A stretch of DNA of 35,532 nt from Promethearchaeota archaeon (GTDB lineage Archaea; Asgardarchaeota; Lokiarchaeia; Sigyniarchaeales; SOKP01): NCBI GenBank assembly GCA_016839585.1, contig JAEOTZ010000022.1, forward strand, positions 1 to 35,532, written 5' to 3'. Numbering within the stretch: position 1 is the first letter of the stretch; each line of letters begins with the position of its first letter. Below the pieces are notes generated by a model. That model saw only the letters and a list, made by a program, of their open reading frames with translations, had not been told where the DNA came from and ran no database searches. This document shows, in pieces, positions 27,223 through 35,532 of this stretch. Both the position numbers and the translations under genes were made by a program.

Positions 27223-27822
27223 TTAATCTTTACCCTCTTTTAATTGTTTTAAAAATTCTTGAGCTTCTTTTTTCCCCAATTCAAATGCTTCTAAATTTTT
27301 ATCTAATGTAGAACTTGGTACAAAATTTTTAATAGTTTCAATAGCAGATTCTTCAGAAATAAATCCAGAAAGGATAGTAAATGCCCCAAAAAGAATAGAA
27401 TTTCCAAAAACTATATTTCCAAAATTCTCAACCGCTAATATCTGAACTGGAATACTTAATGCTTTTTCGATCCTTCTTACTGCTCTAAATTTTTTGATTG
27501 TAGATGGATCCCATATTAAATATCCCGTATTTTCATCTTTTTTAATATCTTCTGGTTTAATGAGATTAGCTGATTCTTCAGAGAGAATTATTAGAAAATC
27601 ATATGGTTTTAAGGCTTTAGGGTAATTAATTATTTTAATTTCTTTATCTAAATCAACTACAACTTCTGCCCAACATCTTCCTCCTCGAGCTGAAGCAGAA
27701 TAAGCCTCTGTTTGAGTTGCAGCTAGATTTTCATATAATGAACTTGCAGTGATTATCATCTTACTAAGAGTAATAACACCTTGACCTCCAAATCCAGAAA
27801 TTCGTACTTCATATCGAGTCAC
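27223..27822 (-). CDS. korC: 2-oxoacid:ferredoxin oxidoreductase gamma subunit
   Basis: VRISGFGGQGV, Y.ASARGG, N.ILFGA, N.EAFELG. Confidence 0.9.
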   Translation of the reverse strand: MTRYEVRISGFGGQGVITLSKMIITASSLYENLAATQTEAYSASARGGRCWAEVVVDLDKEIKIINYPKALKPYDFLIILSEESANLIKPEDIKKDENTGYLIWDPSTIKKFRAVRRIEKALSIPVQILAVENFGNIVFGNSILFGAFTILSGFISEESAIETIKNFVPSSTLDKNLEAFELGKKEAQEFLKQLKEGKD

Positions 27823-27825
27823 TAT

Positions 27826-28743
27826 TTACTTTTCCTCCATTGCGATTTTTTGAATTTTAGCATATTCTTCAGAATATTCTGGTTTATCAGGCTCATATCT
27901 GAATTCTCCAATAATATAATTATTGAATAATTCTTCATCTGTCATGAATTTTGCTTGATTGATACGTACACTGTTCCTTTTTATCCAATCTAGCATTCTT
28001 CCTGTATTATCCATTTTTTCACCTATTATATCTAGATATTCCACTCCTAAACGATCTAAATTTTTCCTTCCAAAGTAAGTGACACACGGAGTTATTACTT
28101 CAATTACAGAAGTACCTTTATGTTTTAAGGCTTTTCTAAAATATTTCATAAGCGTTCGTGGATGTGCTACCGTTGTTCTTGCAATATATGTTGCACCAGC
28201 AGCTAAAGCTAGATTAACACCATCAATTCTGTTTTCAAACATTTTATATGGTGTAGTTGTGCTTTCTGCACCATACAAGGTTGTTGGAGCAGCTTGACCT
28301 CCAGTCATACCATAAATACTATTATTAAAAATAAATATAACACAATCAAGATTTCTACGACACATATGGATAAAATGGTTTCCACCAATTCCGAAACAAT
28401 CTCCATCACCAGAAAATATAATAGGTTTTAATTTAGGATTTGCCATTTTCATCCCTGTAGCTACTGCTGGTGCTCGACCATGAAGTGCAAAAAATTTTTG
28501 AGAAGTATGATGTACTAATGTTACTAATTGAGTATAACAACCAATTCCAATAATTAATGGGAATAATTTTGGTTCTATTTTTTCATCTTCAAATACACGA
28601 GTAAAAATATGCCCTATAATACCATAACCACATCCTGCACAAAAAAGAGAGTTATAGTTACCAAAAAGGTATCCTCCCGTGGAGAATTGGACATAAGGAT
28701 GATCAGGTTTTTCTTTTGGATATATTGGACCCATACCTGACAT
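27826..28743 (-). CDS. korB: 2-oxoacid:ferredoxin oxidoreductase beta subunit (TPP/[4Fe-4S])
   Basis: FCAGCG, GIGC, HGRA, SGDGD..GIGGNH, NNSIYGMTGGQ.APTT, PCVT. Confidence 0.92.
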   Translation of the reverse strand: MSGMGPIYPKEKPDHPYVQFSTGGYLFGNYNSLFCAGCGYGIIGHIFTRVFEDEKIEPKLFPLIIGIGCYTQLVTLVHHTSQKFFALHGRAPAVATGMKMANPKLKPIIFSGDGDCFGIGGNHFIHMCRRNLDCVIFIFNNSIYGMTGGQAAPTTLYGAESTTTPYKMFENRIDGVNLALAAGATYIARTTVAHPRTLMKYFRKALKHKGTSVIEVITPCVTYFGRKNLDRLGVEYLDIIGEKMDNTGRMLDWIKRNSVRINQAKFMTDEELFNNYIIGEFRYEPDKPEYSEEYAKIQKIAMEEK

Positions 28744-29909
28744 TATTTTGACACCTCTCTTATAACTTTCAATATATCATCTGGATGGTGTAATACACCT
28801 ACTTTGGGAATTTTTATTATTGGAGTTTCAAGTTTAGTTACTCTTTCTACTTGTTCAGCAATGAATCCTGTGTAATTTAACTCTGGCACTATAATTGCTC
28901 TAACATTTTTGACTACCTTCTTTACTTTTTCATCAGGAAATGGCCATACTGTTACTAATCTAAATATTCCAACTTTTATTCCTTCCTTCCGGGCTATATC
29001 AACTGCATGGTAACATGCTCTTACTGGTAGACCATATGCAATGATAACTATATCCACATCGTCTAATTTATATTCATCGGTGATAGAAATCTTATCAATA
29101 TTAGTTTTTATCTTTTCAATGAGTATTTCCATGAAAAGTAATGCACTAACTCCTGGAAGTCCTTCATAATTATGAGGTAGATGAAGAGTCATTAATGGAA
29201 AATAATCTGTGCCAATTATTGGAGGTTTTGGGATAATATAACCCCCAATATTATCATCCTTGTAAGAGAACTTTTTAGTATAATCTTGAGGTAATTCACG
29301 ATTAATAACTCTTGTTATTATTTCTTCTTTTGGTGGAATATAAATAGGTTCATGAAGATGTCCTAAATAGGCATCAGAGAGAATAAAAACAGGACATCGA
29401 TAAGTTTCAGCAAAATTGAAAGCTTCTATTGTTAAATCAAAGAGTTCTTGGCAGTTCATTGGTGCTAACGCAATAACTTGAAATTCCCCATGACCAGCAA
29501 AGCGTATCAATCCTAAATCGTTATGATGTGGGGCAGTTACAGGTCCATGACTACCGGGACCAATGCGCTGAACATCACATAAAACAAATGGAATTTCAAG
29601 ATTTGCTGCCATAGAAATTGTTTCAACCATCAAAGAAAGACCTGGTCCAGAAGTAGCCGTCATTGCTTTTGCTCCAACTAAAGAAGCCCCGATGACAGCG
29701 TTTATTGATCCCAATTCATCTTCCATTTGCATACAACTTCCTCCAACCTCTAACAACCGCTTGGAAAGATGTTCTATGACCTCAGTTGAAGGAGTTATAG
29801 GATAACCTCCAAAAAAACTCAGCCCAGCAGCTAATGCGCCTTCTGCCATTGCAACATTTCCCATCATTACATATTTACCTTCTGGTAAATATCTTTTATT
29901 ATTTTTCAT
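28743..29909 (-). CDS. korA: 2-oxoacid:ferredoxin oxidoreductase alpha subunit
   Basis: GN.A.AEGA, GYPITPSTE, QMEDE, TATSGPG, DVQR.GP, WPFP, PELN. ATG 29909 follows a GAGGTGA RBS (track start is GTG 29924). Confidence 0.92.
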   Translation of the reverse strand: MKNNKRYLPEGKYVMMGNVAMAEGALAAGLSFFGGYPITPSTEVIEHLSKRLLEVGGSCMQMEDELGSINAVIGASLVGAKAMTATSGPGLSLMVETISMAANLEIPFVLCDVQRIGPGSHGPVTAPHHNDLGLIRFAGHGEFQVIALAPMNCQELFDLTIEAFNFAETYRCPVFILSDAYLGHLHEPIYIPPKEEIITRVINRELPQDYTKKFSYKDDNIGGYIIPKPPIIGTDYFPLMTLHLPHNYEGLPGVSALLFMEILIEKIKTNIDKISITDEYKLDDVDIVIIAYGLPVRACYHAVDIARKEGIKVGIFRLVTVWPFPDEKVKKVVKNVRAIIVPELNYTGFIAEQVERVTKLETPIIKIPKVGVLHHPDDILKVIREVSK

Positions 29910-29928
29910 ATTTGTTTTATTCACCTCT

Positions 29929-30201
29929 TTAAGTCTTAGCTCTTTCAGCTTGAATTTCCTCTTCTTCTAAAACATAGATACACCAATCAGGGCAACAATA
30001 TTCACACCTTCTGCATCCTGTACAATACTTTGCTTTGCCTTCTTTAATTTTTGGAACGTAAGCAATCCTGTAGTTCAATTCATCGCTAAGTTCTAAAATG
30101 CCTGTAGGACATATAGCTATGCATGCTCTACAACCACCACATCTATCTTTATTTAAGAAAAGAGTGAACTTTTTCTCCTTATTCTCTATTAATTTTGGCA
30201 T
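29929..30201 (-). CDS. korD: 2-oxoacid:ferredoxin oxidoreductase delta subunit (2x[4Fe-4S])
   Basis: CGGCRACIAICP and CTGCRRCEYCCPDWCI; first gene of the operon. Confidence 0.9.
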   Translation of the reverse strand: MPKLIENKEKKFTLFLNKDRCGGCRACIAICPTGILELSDELNYRIAYVPKIKEGKAKYCTGCRRCEYCCPDWCIYVLEEEEIQAERAKT

Positions 30202-30361
30202 TTTTTCATTTTACCGATTAAATAATTTACATAAACTAATATATTAATAGTTATAAATTTCAATTTAAATTATTTTAAGTGTTTCTAAAATTTTCCAAAT
30301 AAAAAAAAAATAAATTATAGCATTCAGAATGTTTTAATTTATTAAAGGTAAAAATGATATT

Positions 30362-30753
30362 ATGTCTAATAAATCAATGGAACCTTTTGGTTTAGCTCTT
30401 AAAGATTATTTTGAAGGAAAAAGAGATGTAAAAATAATATTCCATCGAGATGATGGATTTAAGCATGATTATTTTTTGTCTCATTGTTTTAGAAGCGAAA
30501 AAGAGTTCTCCCCTCTTGAATGCCATGCATTAAAGTTATGTAATGGTAAAGTATTAGATATCGGTGCATGAGTAGGACCAGATAGCCTTGAACTTCAATC
30601 CTTAGGATTGAAAGTATTGGCAATTGATATATCCTCTCATGCCTGTGAAATTATGAAAAAGAGAGGGGTCAAAAATGTTAGGATACAGGTTGGTCCTGTG
30701 AAATACTCTATAAAGGAGAAAATGGAAAGTATTTAGCTCGAATTTCTAAATAA
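30362..30753 (+). pseudogene. Class I SAM-dependent methyltransferase pseudogene
   Basis: PFGLALKDYF...GKVLDIGA*VG (TGA 30569-30571 at the Gly of motif I). Frame continues with LELQ..GLKVLAIDIS..A.EIMKKRGV, then jumps near 30680 to a C-terminal-like GWSCEILYKGENGKYLARISK* in another frame. Confidence 0.85.
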
Positions 30754-30755
30754 CA

Positions 30756-30787
30756 CTCATCTTTTAAAATTTCCGGTAAAGAATGAG
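30756..30787. terminator. Imperfect hairpin between convergent genes
   Basis: CTCATCTTT...AAAGAATGAG inverted repeat with one bulge. Confidence 0.3.
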
Positions 30788-30797
30788 CGAGATTAGA

Positions 30798-32225
30798 TTA
30801 TTTTAATGCATTATTTACTATTTTATCTAATTCTTTAATAAGGGATTCATCAATAGGTTTTATAGGTACTTTCTTTTCTAATTTAGCAGCTGCTTCTCTT
30901 GCTCTTTTTCTTGCAGATTTAGATCCTAATGCTTTCCACGTATCACGAGTTGTTCTATCAATAATAGGACTTGGTAAGAAGAGTTCTTTTCTAAAATGTT
31001 TTAAAGTTGTTGGATGAGATAATAATTCTTGTGTTTCTTCATAATCTTTTATAATTTCGGCTGCAAAAGGAGAACCATAATCCTCTATACCTTGGATAAA
31101 ACGTTGTACCATTCCTACAATTTCATTATCAATTATTAATTTTTCTATACTTTGCGTAGATTCAAAATCTAACATCCCAGGACCAGAAACCATATTATTT
31201 CCAGCAAGTGCTGCTAAAAGGGCTCCCATTCCTGCTTCAAAACCTGCTTGGCTATCAGGAACTTTTGAATCACTTAAACCCATATATGCATGAGTAGGCA
31301 TATTCAAGAATTTTCCCATTTCAATATCTCCAATGTTTATCATCATCGTCTCAATTGCACCCATTGGAGTTACGCCTTGTTTCATATCAAATACAGCCGG
31401 AGAACCTCCCCATACTAAGGGTGCACCAGACTTTATTAATTGAGCAATTACAACACCAGCAAGACATTCTGTACAATGTTGTGTGATGGATCCTATTAAT
31501 GTTATGGGTGCGTTCGCACCTGCTAATGGCATCGAGACAAATTCAGATGGTATCATACTTTTAGCCGCATCAATTAAAGATTGAGTTGTAAGATCAGACC
31601 ACTTCAAAGGAGGACTTGGGCATGCATCAAAGATAGCTAGTGGTTTTTTTGCCAAATCATCTTCAGATAGTCTGCAGGCTAATAGTAGTTCCCGCATGAT
31701 TGAAAAGCTTTCTTTACGAAATGTTCCGGTTACTACCGGTTTATAACAATTAGATAAAGCTATATATAATCGATGCCAATCCTGAGCTACATTAGGAACA
31801 TCTTTATAAATTAAAGCCGTACTTTGAGCTTCAATAAATTTTAAATGCTCAACCACTTTTGAAAAGCGAACAAAATCTCTCGACAAGGCTTCTCTAATTT
31901 TTCCAGTATTCTCATCAAGAATAAATATCGCAGCAGAACCTGGATCGAAATGAACTTCATCATCCTTTAATTGAATATGCTCATTCCCTTCTCTATCGTA
32001 TAAAGTTATTTCTCTAGGTACAAAGGCTAAACATTTATCTACTAAATCATGTGGAATAAAATATCTTGAATCTTTATTATTAATTTCATGCTGGTTAAAT
32101 AACTCCTTTGCCTCTTGATTTTCAATAAATACTCCTTGAGTCTCTAATATCGATTTAGCTTCAGTAAAAATTGATTTCTTATGTTCAGTATCTAATAAAT
32201 TAATTTTTGGTCTAATAATTGGCAT
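30798..32225 (-). CDS. MttB-superfamily (trimethylamine/quaternary amine):corrinoid methyltransferase, pyrrolysine-free
   Basis: P.EITLYDR, PSPPLKW, MPLAGANAPITL.G, GAP.VWGG, DMK.G..MGAIE, DSKVPD.QAG.E, G.NMVSGPGMLD, EKLIIDNEI; no in-frame TAG. Confidence 0.92.
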   Translation of the reverse strand: MPIIRPKINLLDTEHKKSIFTEAKSILETQGVFIENQEAKELFNQHEINNKDSRYFIPHDLVDKCLAFVPREITLYDREGNEHIQLKDDEVHFDPGSAAIFILDENTGKIREALSRDFVRFSKVVEHLKFIEAQSTALIYKDVPNVAQDWHRLYIALSNCYKPVVTGTFRKESFSIMRELLLACRLSEDDLAKKPLAIFDACPSPPLKWSDLTTQSLIDAAKSMIPSEFVSMPLAGANAPITLIGSITQHCTECLAGVVIAQLIKSGAPLVWGGSPAVFDMKQGVTPMGAIETMMINIGDIEMGKFLNMPTHAYMGLSDSKVPDSQAGFEAGMGALLAALAGNNMVSGPGMLDFESTQSIEKLIIDNEIVGMVQRFIQGIEDYGSPFAAEIIKDYEETQELLSHPTTLKHFRKELFLPSPIIDRTTRDTWKALGSKSARKRAREAAAKLEKKVPIKPIDESLIKELDKIVNNALK

Positions 32226-32255
32226 TATAAAATTTTCTCCTCCTAAGTTTTAATT

Positions 32256-33134
32256 TCAAATCGAATCAATTATTTTTCGAAGTTCTTTAATTGTTTGAGG
32301 AGACGTCCCACAACATCCCCCTACTATTTTAGCACCATTCTGTATCATTTCATAAATATCTTTAGTGAATTCTACAATTGGTTGTTCATAGTATGTTCTT
32401 GCCCCTTCTATTCTTGGTTGTCCAGCATTAGGCTTTACTGAAAACGGCTTATTAGTAAGTTTAACAGCAATTTTAAATAACTCAACCATTTCTTTAGAAC
32501 CAATAGTGCAATTCGCTCCAATCACATCTACTTTTTCATTTTCTAATAATTCAATACATTTTTCCAATGAATCACCCATTATTGTAAAAAAACCTCTTTT
32601 TGTCTTTTGATATGTCATTGAAGCTATTATTGGTTTTTGAGATACACCTCTAATTGCTTTAATCGCCGTTATCATTTCTTCTATATCGGAAATTGTTTCA
32701 ATATGCCAAAGATCAACTCCCTTCTCTAATAATTTTGCTTGAGTAGAAAAACTTGAATGCCACTGTTCAAGAGTAGCACTTCCTACAGGTGGTCTAAATT
32801 CACCAGTAGGTCCAATATCTGCCACAACTAAATGATCTTTAGGGCATACTTTTCTAATATTTTCTAATGCTTTTGTAATAATATCTTCAATTTGATCTTC
32901 TAAATTATATCGCTTTAAATTCATTGGTGTTGAGCCAAAAGAATTCGTTTGGCACATATCAGAGCCTGCCTTATAATATGATTTATGAATATCAATAATC
33001 ATCTCTGGATTTTCGATGTTCATTAAATCTGGGATTTTTCCAGGCGGTAGTCCTCTTTTAATTAATTCAGTGCCCATAGCTCCGTTAAATAGAATAATCT
33101 TAGAATTATCTTCCAACCAATCATTAAATAGCAA
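32256..33134 (-). CDS. Homocysteine S-methyltransferase domain protein (stand-alone MetH Hcy-binding module)
   Basis: F(N)GAMGTEL, H..YY.AG.D...TNSFG, DIGPTG, IET, GANC, PNAG.P, GGCCGT Zn ligands. Confidence 0.92.
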   Translation of the reverse strand: MLFNDWLEDNSKIILFNGAMGTELIKRGLPPGKIPDLMNIENPEMIIDIHKSYYKAGSDMCQTNSFGSTPMNLKRYNLEDQIEDIITKALENIRKVCPKDHLVVADIGPTGEFRPPVGSATLEQWHSSFSTQAKLLEKGVDLWHIETISDIEEMITAIKAIRGVSQKPIIASMTYQKTKRGFFTIMGDSLEKCIELLENEKVDVIGANCTIGSKEMVELFKIAVKLTNKPFSVKPNAGQPRIEGARTYYEQPIVEFTKDIYEMIQNGAKIVGGCCGTSPQTIKELRKIIDSI

Positions 33135-33165
33135 TTTTATCTAACCTCTCTAAAAGCTTTGATTT

Positions 33166-33813
33166 TTATTTATTTAAAAGAGATTTAACCAATTGGATAG
33201 CTTCAATAGCATTGTCAGCAAAACCATCAGCATTACATTCTTCTACCCATGTACTTGTCACAGGAGCACCACCAAAAATTACCTTGAACTTGTCTGCTAA
33301 ATTTTTTTCTTTTAAAAGATCAATAATTTTTTTCTGACCAATCATTGTTGTTGTTAAGAGAGCTGAAACACCTATAATATCTGCATTCTTTTCAATCGCA
33401 ATATCAATAATTTTTTCAGCTGGTACATCTGCCCCTAAATCAAAAACCTCAAAACCATAAGCTCTTAACATTGTAGCAACAATAGTTTTCCCAATTGAGT
33501 GGATATCACCTTCAATCGTTGCGATTACCACAGTTCCAAGACTTATTCTTTCTGAACCTTTCTGGAGATGGGGAATAATGATGTCCATGCAATTTTGCAT
33601 AATCTGCGCTCCTTTCATTAATTCTGGTAAAAAAAATTCTCCTTCTTCCCATAACTCTCCTACTCGTCGAATCCCAGCTGCATATCCATTCTCAATAACT
33701 TCAAGTAAATCTATCTCTTCTTTAACTGCCTTTTTGGCTAGATTTATAGCCTTTTCCTCATCTAAATTAACAATAGCATTGCATATTTCTGTATAGATTT
33801 CCTCTTGGGACAT
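33166..33813 (-). CDS. Cobalamin-binding corrinoid protein (MttC/MtbC family)
   Basis: B12 cap (VGELW..GEFFLPEL), EGDIHSIGK (DxHxxG), DLGADV, SALLTTTM, GGAP. Confidence 0.95.
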   Translation of the reverse strand: MSQEEIYTEICNAIVNLDEEKAINLAKKAVKEEIDLLEVIENGYAAGIRRVGELWEEGEFFLPELMKGAQIMQNCMDIIIPHLQKGSERISLGTVVIATIEGDIHSIGKTIVATMLRAYGFEVFDLGADVPAEKIIDIAIEKNADIIGVSALLTTTMIGQKKIIDLLKEKNLADKFKVIFGGAPVTSTWVEECNADGFADNAIEAIQLVKSLLNK

Positions 33814-33990
33814 TATAATATCTCCTAAAGAGTATTTTATTCATTTATTTTTAAATTTTATTTATAATAATTAAAAGCTTAGTAAATTACATATAAAAAA
33901 TAAGAAAAATATTACTGATAAATCGAAAAAAATATTTGAGAAGGTTCTTTTTTAAATTTAATTCTAAACAATCTTAGTTTAAGTGATTGG

Positions 33991-35340
33991 ATGTCCAAAA
34001 AGTTCAGTACACAGCCAATTCGTGGAATGGAAGACTATTATCCATCTGACTTACGTGAGGTTAATTGGATGATTGAAACAATAAGAGATGTGGCCGAGAG
34101 ATATTGCTATGAAGAATTTGAAACTCCACTATTAGAACCGATTGAAATTTTTGCTGCTAAATCTTCTGATGAATTAGTTAACGAACAATCTTTTTTTGTT
34201 GAAAAGAAAAAAGGAGAGAGACTAATACTGATTCCAGAGCTTACACCATCCTTGGCACGAATGGTAGCGAAAAAAAGTCAAGAGCTAAAAAAACCAATAA
34301 GATGGTTTTCAGTTCCAACTTGTTATCGTTATGAACGACCTCAAAAAGGCAGGAAAAGGTCCTTTAAGCAGCCCAATTTCGACATTCTTGGGGAAGAGAG
34401 CCTTTACGCTGATCTTGAAATATTTAATATAATTGTAGATATATTTACTGAATTTGGAGCCACATCAGATCAATTTCAAATTTACTATAACAATCGACGA
34501 TTCATGGATTCAGTTTGTAAATTTATACTTAAAACAAATGAAGATAAAATACCACTTGTATACAAGGTATTAGATAAATCAGACAAAATGGAAGAGAATG
34601 AGTTTGAGAAATATGTAATTGATACATTTAAGGACGAAGTGATTATACAAGGTATATTCAAACTAAAAGATTCGAAAAGTGTAAACGAATTATTAGAGAA
34701 ATTTGATAATATACCTAAGGACTTTTATGATTCTAGAGGTTATCTTGAATTAATTGATTTTGAAAGATTACTTTCTGAAGTAGGAATTTCAGATTATTGT
34801 ACTTTTTCTTCTGGTACTGTGAGAGGTTTAGATTACTATACAGGAATTATTTATGAAGTATTCGATACAGGAAAAGAGAATATAAGAAGTATTTTCGGAG
34901 GAGGTCGATATGATGATTTATTATCACTATTTTCAGATGAAAAAATCTCTGGTACTGGATTTGGTATGGGTATTTTGATGTTATCTTTATTCTTGAAAAC
35001 ATATAACTTAATTCCAGAAGAAATCCGAGAGAAAGATTATACTGATACGATTTATATTGCATCTATTAATGAAGAAATATTCATATATACAAATAAAATA
35101 GCTGAAATTGTTCGTAATGAAGAGCTTCCATGTTTAATTGATTACCGGTTTAAAAATTTAAAAAATCAATTAAGCAGAGCAAATGAACTTGGAGTATTGA
35201 TCACATTAATCGTAGGACCTCAAGAAATGGAAAAAAATGCAGTTACAATTAGAAATATGAAGACCGAAGATCAAAAAACTATTAAATTAACTTATCTTAT
35301 TGAAGAAATTTATAATATTATAGAACAATTTGGAGAATAA
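33991..35340 (+). CDS. hisS: Histidine--tRNA ligase
   Basis: RGM.D..P, TP.LE, PELT, RYERPQKGR, RGLDYYTG..YE, GGGRYD.L, GFG.G, C-terminal anticodon-binding domain. Confidence 0.97.
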   Translation: MSKKFSTQPIRGMEDYYPSDLREVNWMIETIRDVAERYCYEEFETPLLEPIEIFAAKSSDELVNEQSFFVEKKKGERLILIPELTPSLARMVAKKSQELKKPIRWFSVPTCYRYERPQKGRKRSFKQPNFDILGEESLYADLEIFNIIVDIFTEFGATSDQFQIYYNNRRFMDSVCKFILKTNEDKIPLVYKVLDKSDKMEENEFEKYVIDTFKDEVIIQGIFKLKDSKSVNELLEKFDNIPKDFYDSRGYLELIDFERLLSEVGISDYCTFSSGTVRGLDYYTGIIYEVFDTGKENIRSIFGGGRYDDLLSLFSDEKISGTGFGMGILMLSLFLKTYNLIPEEIREKDYTDTIYIASINEEIFIYTNKIAEIVRNEELPCLIDYRFKNLKNQLSRANELGVLITLIVGPQEMEKNAVTIRNMKTEDQKTIKLTYLIEEIYNIIEQFGE

Positions 35341-35401
35341 AAAGGAATATCTTTTTTTATCTATTTTAGTTATAATACTTAAAAATGTATCTATTCTCAT
35401 T

Positions 35402-35532
35402 ATGCATTTTATTGAACAATTAATTCAATTAATAAAGGAAAAGAGAAGCGTTGTTTCTATGGGACTCGATCCCAGAATGGATAACGAGGGAGAAATACCC
35501 AAATATTTAATTGAAGAATATAAACACCCTGA
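35402..35532 (+). CDS. pyrF: Probable orotidine-5'-phosphate decarboxylase, N-terminal fragment (runs off window)
   Basis: MHFIEQL...IKEKRSVVSMGLDP matches the F...L......S...GLDP start of type-2 PyrF; only 43 codons visible. Confidence 0.65.
   Translation, partial: MHFIEQLIQLIKEKRSVVSMGLDPRMDNEGEIPKYLIEEYKHP

Noticed and set aside
30569-30571. In-frame TGA as selenocysteine recoding (Lokiarchaeia are known to use Sec)
   Set aside because: The codon aligns with the Gly of DIGAG in SAM motif I, not a Cys. The gene also has a deletion/frameshift, and the downstream hairpin does not look like a SECIS.
30798-32225. Pyrrolysine-containing MttB
   Set aside because: The ORF is uninterrupted with no in-frame TAG, and no pyl genes are in the window.
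2720-35062. Antisense or overlapping ORFs in the track (e.g. 2720, 5959, 6439, 7564, 11157, 12641, 14913, 16213, 16892, 18997, 19885, 20410, 21282, 21793, 23515, 24430, 25654, 28079, 33578, 34847)
   Set aside because: They lie within or opposite well-supported genes and have no motifs; shadow frames.
1-35532. CRISPR arrays, rRNA, IS elements, canonical eukaryotic signature proteins
   Set aside because: No repeat-spacer array, rRNA-like GC-rich tract, transposase, or recognisable actin/ESCRT/small-GTPase motifs were seen.

Overview
AT-rich (roughly 30% GC by eye), gene-dense archaeal chromosomal segment. It is most likely from an Asgard archaeon of the Lokiarchaeia type. This is an inference from the archaeal Hsp20, a tRNA with a bulge-helix-bulge intron, F420-related genes, oligo-T terminators, a small RHH regulator and a CPxC zinc-ribbon family that I associate with Lokiarchaeia. 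No CRISPR array, integrase or transposase was seen. The main items of interest are: (1) a four-subunit 2-oxoacid:ferredoxin oxidoreductase operon ending in a single protein that fuses a ferredoxin/FrhB (F420-binding) module to a PyrK/NfnA-like FAD/NAD(P)/[2Fe-2S] module; (2) an operon of corrinoid protein, homocysteine methyltransferase domain and pyrrolysine-free MttB that looks like a split, amine-fed methionine synthase; (3) an MFS transporter co-operonic with an uncharacterised two-gene Fe-S module; (4) an ABC exporter permease fused to a CPBP/Rce1-type intramembrane protease, next to two membrane-inserted M28 peptidases; (5) tRNA-His(GUG) with encoded G-1 and a 30-nt non-canonical intron at 45/46, followed by a methanogenesis-marker-9 domain gene. 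Also present are lsrF, an orphan phnN, npdG, hisS, a partial pyrF, a methyltransferase pseudogene and an unlisted 52-aa ORF. All family assignments come from motif recognition, not database searches.
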